Assembly: GCA_963804995.1 (NCBI GenBank)
Contig: CAWDSK010000005.1
Location: 608,001 to 672,000 of the forward strand
Direction of reading: 5' to 3'
DNA length: 64,000 nt
Source of the DNA: an uncultured Acidobacteriota bacterium
GTDB taxonomy: Bacteria; Acidobacteriota; Terriglobia; UBA7540
Every line of letters begins with the position of its first letter. Position 1 is the stretch's first letter. The position numbers were made by a program, and so were the translations under genes. Below are positions 39,339-48,530 of this stretch, piece after piece. The notes under the pieces were generated by a model. The model was not told the origin of the DNA, did no database searches, and worked only from the letters and a program-made list of their open reading frames with translations.

Positions 39339-40728
39339 CATATGCGCTAGAATAAGAAATTGACTTATTCTGCTGCTGATGTATGCTTCTGGCATGAACA
39401 AGAATCTAATGGATACCGACTGGAAGTATCTATGCCAGTATTTGCCAGCCAATATGAGTGAGTTGGCTAAGCGCAGTGGAGCCGTGGCGCGATGGCGCAA
39501 CCTTAAGAGCGGTGAGGAGTTATTGAGAGTTATTCTAGCATATGCCATCGAAGACCTCTCTTTGCGGAGCACGGCGGCTTGGTCCGCCCAGGCGGCTCTG
39601 GAGCTCAAGGACACCTCTATCCTGCATCGTTTGCGCAAGGCTCCTCCTCTGCTGGAGCGAGTCTTGGCGCATCTGCTGACGCAGCGACTGCGGGCCGAGC
39701 CTGCCCCGGGGCCAGCCTTTCGGATCCTCGACGCCACCGTGCTGAGCATCCCCGGCAGCCAAGGAACGGATTGGCGTTTGCATGCCGTCTATGATCCCGC
39801 CCAGTGTCGTCTCCGACGGGTGGAGATTACCGACCACCAGGGCGGCGAGCGCTTGGATCGCGACCGCCCGCAGCCGGGGGACATTGTCTGCGGGGACCGG
39901 GGATTGGCGCGCGCCCAAGGTATTCATGCGGTGAGCGAAGCCGGGGCCTATGTTCTGCTGCGCATGCATTGGCAGAATATTCGGCTGCACGACGCCCAGG
40001 GACAGCCTCTGAATCTGAACCAGACCTTGAAAAGGGCGGACGCTGGAGATACGGGGACCGTTGCATATGTCCCCCTTTCGGGTAAAGCCCCTGCTCCGGT
40101 GCGACTGCTGATTCGCCCTCTGCCCAGCGAAGCAGCCCACCGCAGCCGTCAGCGCTTGCGCCGCAATGCCGCCAAAAAAGGCCGCACCCCGCAGGCCACC
40201 GCCTTGCGTCTGGCCGGCTATTTCTGTGTGCTGACCACTTTGCCGGAAGCCCTCGCCAGTGACAACGTGGTCCTGGAACTCTACCGCATCCGCTGGCAGA
40301 TTGAGCTGTTCTTTAAACGCTGCAAAGGCCTCTTGCATTTTGATCAGCTCCGCGCCTTCGACCCCGGCTTGGTGCGCACCTACTGTCTGGCCAAGTTGAT
40401 TGAGGTGGCCCTGATTCAGTGTTTGCATGAGGAGGCCGTTTCTATTTCCCCCTGGGGAGTTCCCCGCTGCCGGAGCGTCGCGGCTTAGCCTGTGGCGATG
40501 GGTGCATCTGCACCATTTGGATTTGATCCTGGCCATTTACGGGACCTTCTCCTTGCGGGTTAAACAACATCGCTGGCCCCTGGCGCGTCAGGCTTTAACC
40601 GAGGCACCTCGAAAACGAATCTACGATCGAGAAAAATTCCGGCACCCGCTCTCGCTCCTTATGAACCGCCTCCTCCACGCGCAACAACTTCGCCTAGGAG
40701 CATCGAATGAGCTATTCTAGCGCCTATG
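39339..40728 (+). mobile_element. IS4-family insertion sequence, 1390 bp, 12-bp TSD
   Basis: IRL catatgcgctagaataag, IRR gctattctagcgcctatg; GGGGCTGGGGGG at 39327-39338 and 40729-40740. Confidence 0.93.
39379..40488 (+). CDS. IS4-family DDE transposase
   Basis: ILDAT, CGDRG and Y-R-E-K motif LYRIRWQIELFFKRCK. Confidence 0.93.
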   Translation: MYASGMNKNLMDTDWKYLCQYLPANMSELAKRSGAVARWRNLKSGEELLRVILAYAIEDLSLRSTAAWSAQAALELKDTSILHRLRKAPPLLERVLAHLLTQRLRAEPAPGPAFRILDATVLSIPGSQGTDWRLHAVYDPAQCRLRRVEITDHQGGERLDRDRPQPGDIVCGDRGLARAQGIHAVSEAGAYVLLRMHWQNIRLHDAQGQPLNLNQTLKRADAGDTGTVAYVPLSGKAPAPVRLLIRPLPSEAAHRSRQRLRRNAAKKGRTPQATALRLAGYFCVLTTLPEALASDNVVLELYRIRWQIELFFKRCKGLLHFDQLRAFDPGLVRTYCLAKLIEVALIQCLHEEAVSISPWGVPRCRSVAA

Positions 40729-40871
40729 GGGGCTGGGGGGTGAGGGGGTCGGACAGCCTTGTCAAATATTAACCGGGACACCACACTAGTTCGGAGCCGA
40801 CGCTGGTGATTCGAGAGCTGGTAGCGCGGAGGTAGGCGCAGTTTGCCTTCCCCCACGGCTCTGCTCCGAGC

Positions 40872-42170
40872 CTAGGATGACCCGAGGTGTGCCGCTTTTC
40901 TGGCGGTGCTGAGAACCTCGCGAAGCCGTCTGCCCACGATCATCTCTTCGCCGGGCCGCAGTGTCATTGAGACAATCTGTAATTGGTCATTGGTCTGGGG
41001 TTCTTTGCGATTCGGATTCCCCTCGACGACCACCGGGACCAGGCTGGGATTGCTTTTGGTCAGGACTTCGATGCGCGGACTGCCGTCGCTCAGCTTTTGC
41101 GCGCAGTCGGCGACCGTAAATCCCCAAGCTTTTTCGTCCCAGGTCACGATCAAGGTAGGATAACGGTTCCCTTCCTGGGGGATTTGAATCTCAGTCTTCA
41201 CCCCAGGGATGGTCCCGACCAACGTCGAGATCCGTTTGACGCGTTCCTCCCACTGACGATTGAGACTCCCCAAATCCATCTTCAGCCAGGTTTCTACAGC
41301 CGTCAGGCATCCAATCATCTCTTCTTTGCCGACTTTCATCGGCCGGCACACGGCGCCTTCGTAGGGGCTCGTGTTGGCGAGCGCTGCCTCGATCAGATCC
41401 TTGCGCCCCAGCAGCAGGCCGCTGCACTGCGGTCCCATCAGCCCCTTGCCGCCGCTGAAGGTGTAAAGGTCAGCGCCCATTTTCGCGTAAAGTTTTATGT
41501 TCTCGATGGGAGGAATGCCGGCCGCGTCGTCGAGCAGCAGCGGGACGTTGGCAGCCTTGGCGATGGCAATTTCCCTGGCTAACGGGTCGCCCAAATCGGT
41601 GGTATAAATCATGGCCGTACGTTCGTTGAGGGCGTTCTGCAATTCCTCCAGCCGGTAGACAAGGACCAGTTTTCCGCCTGCCAGCCGTATCGCACTGTCG
41701 AAGGCGCTGCGCCCGCCCACCATCACGACTTCGTGTTTGAGTCCGGTGGTATCCGGGAGTTGCCAGATCTTCGCCGGGTCAGTCCCCGCCATGCAGGCTG
41801 CGGTGGCCGACGCCATCGCTCCTGCCGCGCCCGAGGTGACCATGCCCGATTCCGCTCCGGTAATTTCATGGAGGCGCTTTCCTACCGCGTGCTGCAGCTC
41901 AATCACGTTGACAAAATACTTGGCGGCTTCGACCTGTGCATCACGAACCTCAGGCAGCTCCAGGGAGCCGCTGAGATAAGTCCACGTGCCGCGACAGTTG
42001 ATGAGCGTCCTTACGCCCAACCGCTCATAGACATTCCCCGTGGGCGCCCTGCCCATGGCCTCCTTCGCTTTGCCCAGGAGATCTTGAGCGGCGATTTGGC
42101 CGAGCAAGGGAAGCGCCGCCGCCCATTTCATGAACGCGCGCCGGTCAGTCGAAAGTGGATTTGTGTGCAC
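40872..42170 (-). CDS. SelA-like PLP enzyme (DgaE/D-glucosaminate ammonia-lyase-like) with Tat-like N-terminus
   Basis: TDRRAFMK; INCRGTWTYLSGS, VTSGAAG, LDDAA, FSGGKGLMGPQ, RPMKVGKEE; GTG start after ggagggg. Confidence 0.85.
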   Translation of the reverse strand: MHTNPLSTDRRAFMKWAAALPLLGQIAAQDLLGKAKEAMGRAPTGNVYERLGVRTLINCRGTWTYLSGSLELPEVRDAQVEAAKYFVNVIELQHAVGKRLHEITGAESGMVTSGAAGAMASATAACMAGTDPAKIWQLPDTTGLKHEVVMVGGRSAFDSAIRLAGGKLVLVYRLEELQNALNERTAMIYTTDLGDPLAREIAIAKAANVPLLLDDAAGIPPIENIKLYAKMGADLYTFSGGKGLMGPQCSGLLLGRKDLIEAALANTSPYEGAVCRPMKVGKEEMIGCLTAVETWLKMDLGSLNRQWEERVKRISTLVGTIPGVKTEIQIPQEGNRYPTLIVTWDEKAWGFTVADCAQKLSDGSPRIEVLTKSNPSLVPVVVEGNPNRKEPQTNDQLQIVSMTLRPGEEMIVGRRLREVLSTARKAAHLGSS

Positions 42171-42290
42171 GGTCCCCTCCCATCCATGATCTGGAACTCT
42201 ACGCAAGACTTATGCGCAATACGGAAATCCCGGCCAGACACCCGTTGGTTTCATGAGGCGCAGCGGAAAGTCTGGCGCTCAAATCAAACC

Positions 42291-43199
42291 TCAATCCGCT
42301 TCCTTCACAAAAGGAAAGCGCGATCGAACGGCCAGGATGTGGGCTTTCGTATCGCTGTTATAGAAGCCCACGGTGCAATTCAAGCGGAAGAAATACGCGT
42401 CCCCTGGCTGGGCAGGATGGAAGCCTTCGATGCCGTCCATCCCTCCGCCTGCGACCATCTTCCCCTGCCCATCCAGTACGAGATAGATTTCCTCGGCCGT
42501 CTCATGATGGTGCGGGAAGTTGGTGCCGCCCGGAGCGAAGTCCATGAGAAAGAGACTGGTCACCACGTAGCCCGCCGCAATCTTATCTCGCGTGCTGCTC
42601 CTGTCGCCCACCATCAGCTTGTAGAGCACCGAAGACGGGTGCCCTGCCACTGTCTCTTCCTTGACGTCTTCCAGATTCGCCAGCATGAGTTTTTGGGGCG
42701 GAGCGATGGCGATTTCGGCCGGGATCTTGAATCCCATCACGACCAGCCGGCAGTGCTTATCCGAAGATCCAGAAATCGTGTGCTTCACTCCCGGTGGAAG
42801 ATACATGAAATCGTTCTTGCGGACGGGGGCGCGCTCGTCCCCATATTGCAGAACTCCGCTGCCTTCAAGAATCACATAGATTTGTTCTTCTCTTTCGTAG
42901 GCGACGGCCGCGCAGGCACCCTGTGGGTCGACAGTGACCTCGCCAAAGCGGGCCACGCTTCTGATGATGTGGGTAGCGGAATCACCCTCGCCAAAAATCT
43001 GCTTGTAGTGGCAGGTGGGCGTGCTCAGGTCAGCGCTGCTCTCCCGGATGTCCGGGACATAACGGTGTAACCAGGTGGGGTCAACTTTTCGCTCGGCAGG
43101 GAACAACGAGGGCGCTATCAGCAGGATTATCGCGATCATGAGATTACTGGAAATTCGCGCCCCGCGATTGCGTCCAGATGATGGATGTTTACTTCCCAT
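42291..43199 (-). CDS. Exported bicupin protein
   Basis: EEQIYVILEGSG and FPHHHETAEEIYLVLDGQG; hydrophobic signal; start uncertain. Confidence 0.85.
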   Translation of the reverse strand: MGSKHPSSGRNRGARISSNLMIAIILLIAPSLFPAERKVDPTWLHRYVPDIRESSADLSTPTCHYKQIFGEGDSATHIIRSVARFGEVTVDPQGACAAVAYEREEQIYVILEGSGVLQYGDERAPVRKNDFMYLPPGVKHTISGSSDKHCRLVVMGFKIPAEIAIAPPQKLMLANLEDVKEETVAGHPSSVLYKLMVGDRSSTRDKIAAGYVVTSLFLMDFAPGGTNFPHHHETAEEIYLVLDGQGKMVAGGGMDGIEGFHPAQPGDAYFFRLNCTVGFYNSDTKAHILAVRSRFPFVKEAD

Positions 43200-43395
43200 T
43201 TTGGTCGCCTCCAGGTTCATGCCCTCAGAAGGGAAGGCTCGCTTCAAACTTCCCACGGCAGTATTTGCGGATGACTGCAACGCCTGAACCACGAGATATT
43301 GGCAGGAATCCTCCTCCCTTGGCAAGTGATCGGAATAAATAAAAGGCGCTCTTACGTTTTGACTTGACCGGGATGCTGAACTACCTCTAGGTGGA

Positions 43396-44967
43396 TTAAT
43401 CCAGTCCGAACAGGGGGCGACGAGCCCGCTTGAATGTGAACCGAGTGGGGTTGACTGCGGTCAACCCCGGGGTGTCGACCGCAATGATGCGAGCCGCAAT
43501 AGGCTCATAGGCCGCGCGCGGCGCAATGGCTCCTTTGGCCACCAGAATCTTCTGCCGCTCGGGGTAGACTCCAACGCTGATTATCTGCTGCAGGCTGTCG
43601 GGCGACGAACGAGTGGTGGTCAGCACCAGGAGATTGGCTAGATCCAGAGTCGAGCCCTCTGCTTCAATGACCGCAGTCAGCCCCAGATTGTGATAGCGCT
43701 CTCCTCCGTGCCGGACCTCGGTCTCAATATATGTACCTACGTGAAGGGACCTTACCAGCCCCCGAACGCGCGTCGCGACACCGTGCATTTGATCCGTCTT
43801 TCCACCTACCAGAAAATCAAACGGCTTCCCCACACCGGCTTGTATCGCAGCGCTAACCGCCTCGGGGTCAGCGATTACTACGACCCAACCTTCCGCTCTC
43901 TGGCGCAATAGCTCCTGTAATAGGAAGGTGCTGTCGCCGGCGGAACCCCCGCCAATGTTGTCTCCCAGATCCATCAGGGCGACGGGAAACTTATCGCTCG
44001 ATATGGCCAGACTCACTCCTGCCGCGGCATCTGGCAGGTTAAGGACAAGCTTGTCCCGTGTCGCCCACAGCATGTCCGAAAGCCGGTGTGCCTGCTGTTC
44101 AGCCAAGGCGGGATCGTTGTCTGTAACGACGACCACGCTCGGCCCGACTTGCGGCACATCCCCCCACTGGTAACCTCCCGCAACGCTCACCGCAAGGATC
44201 CTGGGATTCTGCTCCAGCCGTCGACTTTCTTCGACAATGGGAAGCAGCGGCGGCTGTTTCGTATACTGGTACACGATGTTGTAGAGCATGGGAGGTTTCA
44301 CCACCGCCTGCACCGGCTTAACCTTCCCTTGCACTATCTCCGCCATGATCCGGGCCGCATGGATGCCACACTGCTTTGTGTCAATGTGGGGACATTCTTT
44401 ATAGGTGAGCAGGGCATTGGATAGCTGCACGATTTCGGGAGTGATATTGGCGTGAAAATCGTGGGTGACAACGATCGGAATCTTGTTCCCCAAAGCCTCT
44501 CGCACCCTGCGTACCAGCTCCGCATCGCCGCTGGGATAGCTCTCGACAACCATCGCACCGTGAAGTGCCAGCAGCACGCCATCGAGCTGGGGTACCGCCT
44601 GGAGCTGGCGGATCATCTCGGCCGTTATCGTATTAAAGGCCTCGTCGGTCACTAGCCCCTTAGGATCTGCCGAAACCACCACGGTCGGGTACAAGTCGAG
44701 ACCAAAGAAGCGGGCACCTTCGATATATCCGCTCAGCTCGGTGCTGGATAGGGAGTTTTTGCGGAAGAATTCCTCGCGAGAAGTCCGCAAGGGCCATCCG
44801 AAATCGGCCAGCCCCGTCTTAGCCGGGTTGAAAGTATTCGTTTCGTGCATCATGCCGGCAACGGCGATGTGTGGCTGACGTGGCGGAGCACCCAGCAGAC
44901 CGGCATGGAAGAGAAGAACCAGGAATGCCGTGATGCAAATCCGTACCCTTACGGCAGTAGCCAGCAT
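43396..44967 (-). CDS. MlrC/M81 family metallopeptidase (amidohydrolase) with signal-like N-terminus
   Basis: HETNTF, LALHGAM, DFHAN, PHID, DNIGGGSAGD. Confidence 0.92.
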   Translation of the reverse strand: MLATAVRVRICITAFLVLLFHAGLLGAPPRQPHIAVAGMMHETNTFNPAKTGLADFGWPLRTSREEFFRKNSLSSTELSGYIEGARFFGLDLYPTVVVSADPKGLVTDEAFNTITAEMIRQLQAVPQLDGVLLALHGAMVVESYPSGDAELVRRVREALGNKIPIVVTHDFHANITPEIVQLSNALLTYKECPHIDTKQCGIHAARIMAEIVQGKVKPVQAVVKPPMLYNIVYQYTKQPPLLPIVEESRRLEQNPRILAVSVAGGYQWGDVPQVGPSVVVVTDNDPALAEQQAHRLSDMLWATRDKLVLNLPDAAAGVSLAISSDKFPVALMDLGDNIGGGSAGDSTFLLQELLRQRAEGWVVVIADPEAVSAAIQAGVGKPFDFLVGGKTDQMHGVATRVRGLVRSLHVGTYIETEVRHGGERYHNLGLTAVIEAEGSTLDLANLLVLTTTRSSPDSLQQIISVGVYPERQKILVAKGAIAPRAAYEPIAARIIAVDTPGLTAVNPTRFTFKRARRPLFGLD

Positions 44968-45140
44968 GATTCCGCAATCTCCGTTATGGATTTTTTGCCC
45001 TACCGATAGAATACACCTGACCACCGCTGAACGCATATGAACATTGATGACAAAGCCGATCCGAAGATTCGTAAGTGAGGTTCATAATGGAAATGCGGGC
45101 TAAGGCCTCCAACGACGATCACCGCGCGCCCGGTGGAGGG

Positions 45141-46487
45141 TTACGCCGCAAATGCCGGCTGCTTGGCCTGCCACTTCCCGCGTGTGAAGTCCGGGCAATC
45201 CACGGTCGCGCCGCCCTCGGCGATGGATTTTTCAGAAAGCGGATTAATCACGCTCATGATGACAGAGTCGTACACGTCCACGGGGGTTTGGGTCTTGTTG
45301 CGCACGGCTTTTAAGAACTGGTTCACCTCGTGGTAATCCGTTCCGCTGTGCCCTTTCGCAATCTCGTCGCCGCTGGCGTTCCTGGAGCCGGGCTTGGCGC
45401 TGGGTTTCTGCTCTTCGGGTTTCCACCAGGCGTGGTCGTATTTCTCCTGGTAGGCATCGAACGATTCCCATTCCTCGTACTTCGGGCTGCGACCGTGCAG
45501 GTAAACGGCCTTGCGCTGCTCGTTGTAAAGGCCTTCGGTTCCCTGGACCTCCCAACGGTTATCGTAGGGCCGGGGCAACTGCATGTCATAGTTAATGACG
45601 ATGGTATTGCCCTTCTTCGTCTTCACCAGAGTTGTAACAATGTCGCCCTGCGCGTACTGGCGCTTGGCGTTGGGGTGGTTGGGGCCAAACTTGGTCGAGA
45701 AGTAATGGTTAATTCCCAGCGACCGATTGGCGAAGGAAACGACCTTGTCAAAGTAATCGCCGCACCCGATATCCATCCAACTGATCACCGGGCCGAGGGC
45801 GTGGGTCGTGTACTGGCTGGCGTTGTGCTTCACCAGGTATTCACCGCTCCAGCGCATGTTGCCCTCCGCGTCGAAGAACCAGTGATCGATGCAGTTGTGG
45901 GAGTGCGCGCAGTGGCAGTGCACGACCTCACCCAAGAGCCCGGCGCGAATCATCTTGAGCACTGCCAGGTTATCGCGCCGGAAGCTCCAGTTCTCGAGCA
46001 TCATACAGGGCACCCCCGTCTCCTCATGCGTGTTCACCAAGTCCCAGCACTCCTGGACCGTGAGGGCCGCCGGCACCTCCACCGCCGCGTACTTGCCGGA
46101 TTTCATCGCGCATACTGCCATGGGCGTGTGCCACTCCCAGTAGGTCGCGATCAGCACAGCGTCCAAGTCGCCGCGATACACCAAGCGCTGGTAATCCTCC
46201 ACGTCGCGCCCATAGCCTTCGGGACGCTTTTGCCCCGCCTTCTCCACCAGGGCTTGCGCGCGCTCGAGGTGCTCCTGGTTGATGTCACAGATGGCAGGGA
46301 TCTCGACCCCACCCATAGCCAGCAGCAGTTTTAAATGAGCGGTGCCGCGATCTCCGACTCCGATCATGCCCAGGCGCAGCGGTTTCTCTTCCTGCGCTGT
46401 GCCGAAGTTGAAAGCGCTGGCGAGCGCGCCCACGCCCAGCGTCGTCGCCGAACCGAGGAAATCTCTCCGATCGAGTTTCGCGTCCAT
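45141..46487 (-). CDS. Gfo/Idh/MocA oxidoreductase, GH109-like, Tat signal
   Basis: DRRDFLG; IGVGDRG, AVEVPAA, MMLEN, YTTHALGP, PRPY, PDFTRGKW. Confidence 0.88.
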   Translation of the reverse strand: MDAKLDRRDFLGSATTLGVGALASAFNFGTAQEEKPLRLGMIGVGDRGTAHLKLLLAMGGVEIPAICDINQEHLERAQALVEKAGQKRPEGYGRDVEDYQRLVYRGDLDAVLIATYWEWHTPMAVCAMKSGKYAAVEVPAALTVQECWDLVNTHEETGVPCMMLENWSFRRDNLAVLKMIRAGLLGEVVHCHCAHSHNCIDHWFFDAEGNMRWSGEYLVKHNASQYTTHALGPVISWMDIGCGDYFDKVVSFANRSLGINHYFSTKFGPNHPNAKRQYAQGDIVTTLVKTKKGNTIVINYDMQLPRPYDNRWEVQGTEGLYNEQRKAVYLHGRSPKYEEWESFDAYQEKYDHAWWKPEEQKPSAKPGSRNASGDEIAKGHSGTDYHEVNQFLKAVRNKTQTPVDVYDSVIMSVINPLSEKSIAEGGATVDCPDFTRGKWQAKQPAFAA

Positions 46488-46581
46488 TTCCAATACCTCC
46501 TCCGACCTGAGTTTTGATCGCCCCCACGCCTCACAAGGTCAAGCGTTGCCCCTGCGGACCCCGCCAGGGTGCGGCAGCGGG

Positions 46582-46616
46582 GTAGCGCAGAGTCTCGTGC
46601 TTTTCGAGACTCTGCG
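46582..46616. repeat. GTAG-type REP hairpin
   Basis: gtag-cgcagagtctcg-tgctttt-cgagactctgcg. Confidence 0.7.
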
Positions 46617-46805
46617 GCTTTTCGTTTGTTGCGTGCGACTTCGGATCAGCGCCTGGGACCTCATCTGTTCCCTATTCCCTGTCCCCTGCATTACCGCGTT
46701 ACGTGTCAAAGCCCTGTGGTAATAAGGCAGTGCATGTTCATCATATTAAGAACCGCATCAGAGTCTGAAAGGCACAGACTCGGCGCTGCCTGCTATGGCT
46801 ACCCG

Positions 46806-47450
46806 CTAACAACACTCCTCGCCCTGCAACGCTTTCTTCCCTTCCAGGCAGATGATTGGAACCGCAACCAGCGCGGCGGCGGGGTCTATCCAGCGGATAT
46901 GAAATACAGCATTGAGCACCAAGCCGGCAAGGGTTATGCCGGCAAGGTAGGCGCAGGTTGCTGACTGCACCGCGTCGGCGGTTAATGCCGCGTTGCGGGA
47001 CGTTTTCCCGGCTCTTCGCTTCGCCGAACTCAGCGCGGGCATGACGGCGAGCGCGGCAAGGGTGACGCCCATACCGATCCAACTTGTGTCGGGCCGCACA
47101 TGCCGCCAAAACGCGAGGGCAGAGCTCATGGTAATGACCGCGGCGAGCAGGAAGAGAAGAATGCCTGCGAGCCTCGTGGCCCGAGCCGTGCTCAGAGCAA
47201 GGCTTGGGAGGAATTGTAGAAGCACCACAAGCGCCGACAAGAGTTCGATGAGACTATCGGCGCCGAAGGCCAAAAGCACGGGGCTGCGTGCGCGCCATGC
47301 GGAAAAGAGGGCAAGGGCGCACTCAACCACCATCCAGATCAGCGTGAACACCTGCAACCGCATAATCTGGCGCGATAATTCGCCGGAAGTTCCTGCGCAT
47401 CCACACCCGTGGGTCAACGTCGCGCGCCCTCTTTCTTCTTCATAGCTCAT
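46806..47450 (-). CDS. Cation-efflux (CDF-like) membrane protein
   Basis: WMVVE, LLAFGADSLIE, ALTADA, WIDP; six hydrophobic segments; Cys-rich termini. Confidence 0.85.
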   Translation of the reverse strand: MSYEEERGRATLTHGCGCAGTSGELSRQIMRLQVFTLIWMVVECALALFSAWRARSPVLLAFGADSLIELLSALVVLLQFLPSLALSTARATRLAGILLFLLAAVITMSSALAFWRHVRPDTSWIGMGVTLAALAVMPALSSAKRRAGKTSRNAALTADAVQSATCAYLAGITLAGLVLNAVFHIRWIDPAAALVAVPIICLEGKKALQGEECC

Positions 47451-47454
47451 AGTG

Positions 47455-47624
47455 CCTGTACCACCGCCCCCGACGGCTACTTTTTGCGCTTGAATCCGGC
47501 TTGGGATTCAACCCTCGGTTATACCCGCGACGAACTCAAGGCCAAGCGCTCCTTTGACCTCATCAACCCTGACGGCGTGGGGGCTACCCGGAAGGCCACG
47601 GTCACGAAGATGTCGCGGTCATGA
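47455..47624 (+). pseudogene. PAS-domain fragment
   Basis: DGYFLRLNPAWDSTLGYTRDEL...DLINPD. Confidence 0.6.
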
Positions 47625-47750
47625 AGGATCAGACGCCCCGACCTCGACATGCGATCAATCTACGCGCGATGCCGTGCGGAGGCAAGAGTGAACAAAGTCG
47701 GCGAACGCGGGCGGGTACGAAGAGCCGGGGACCTATGAGACTGGCCCTCG

Positions 47751-48530
47751 CTACTGGCTGTACTTGGGAATTATCTCATGCATGACTCTGTGCTGACCTC
47801 GTGGCGTTAACGCAAGGTCGCCATCGTGCACCGGCCGGACCTGTCGAGTATTAATGAGCTTAGTAATCGCCGCGTTTAACGTAGGAGTTTTCCTGAGCGG
47901 TGCGTACTGTCGAATCGCCGCTCTGCTGAGACGATTGCTGGCGGCGTGATTCAATAAGAGCAGAATTTCGTCAGATGCTGGAATATCGGATTCGAGGACC
48001 AGTGGCTGGCCGTCCAACTCGTGAATTAGAGTGTGCTGAAGTTGCACGATCTGAGCGATTGCTTCAGCAATAACCTGTTTGTCGGCAGTCCAAGCGAGCC
48101 GCAGAAACTCAGCGAACATCCATTTTCCAGCGTGCAAAACGAGCATGGAGTCCATGTAATTCGCGGTGTAAACGGGGGAGATGTGCACGGGTCCGCGATC
48201 GGAGCGAAGTTTGTATACCAGGCGGATGGCCCTGCAAAAATGGCGGCGGTCTCCTGCAGCGAGATTATGGGAATGCTTGTTATTAAAGTCTTCGAGGCGA
48301 TCACAGAGCGTGCCTGGCAAATCGCTGTGTGTGACCGCGCCTGAATCGAGTTGATAGAGAGCACGAGAAACCGCCTCACAGAGCCGACCTCCGTCGAGTT
48401 CTGCTGGTTTCCAATCGCCGGCAAGAAATCGTTGCTGCATTTCCACGTACCCATCCACGATTGCTTGGGCGAAGGCAGGGTCTACGACGGCTGCAAGCTC
48501 GATAGCGAGTTGATCCTTTGAAATGTTCAT
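47751..48530 (-). CDS. Putative HEPN-like RNase + C-terminal wHTH
   Basis: Helical N-domain with GRLCEAV and R-x6-H (RSDRGPVH); C-terminal LTPRG wing; start overlaps upstream stop (ATGA). Confidence 0.7.
   Translation of the reverse strand: MNISKDQLAIELAAVVDPAFAQAIVDGYVEMQQRFLAGDWKPAELDGGRLCEAVSRALYQLDSGAVTHSDLPGTLCDRLEDFNNKHSHNLAAGDRRHFCRAIRLVYKLRSDRGPVHISPVYTANYMDSMLVLHAGKWMFAEFLRLAWTADKQVIAEAIAQIVQLQHTLIHELDGQPLVLESDIPASDEILLLLNHAASNRLSRAAIRQYAPLRKTPTLNAAITKLINTRQVRPVHDGDLALTPRGQHRVMHEIIPKYSQ

Larger units (their letters stand above)
39177..40789. mobile_element. CTAG-bounded MITE interrupted by IS4
   Basis: Left part 39177-39338 and right part 40729-40789 reconstruct the 12129-12340 element. 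Confidence 0.88.

Noticed and set aside
40872..42170. True selenocysteine synthase selA
   Set aside because: No selB or tRNA-Sec nearby; Tat-like leader and sugar-catabolism context fit the DgaE-like branch better
41733..43070. 445-aa plus-strand ORF
   Set aside because: Antisense to two clear genes (cupin, SelA-like); no recognisable domain
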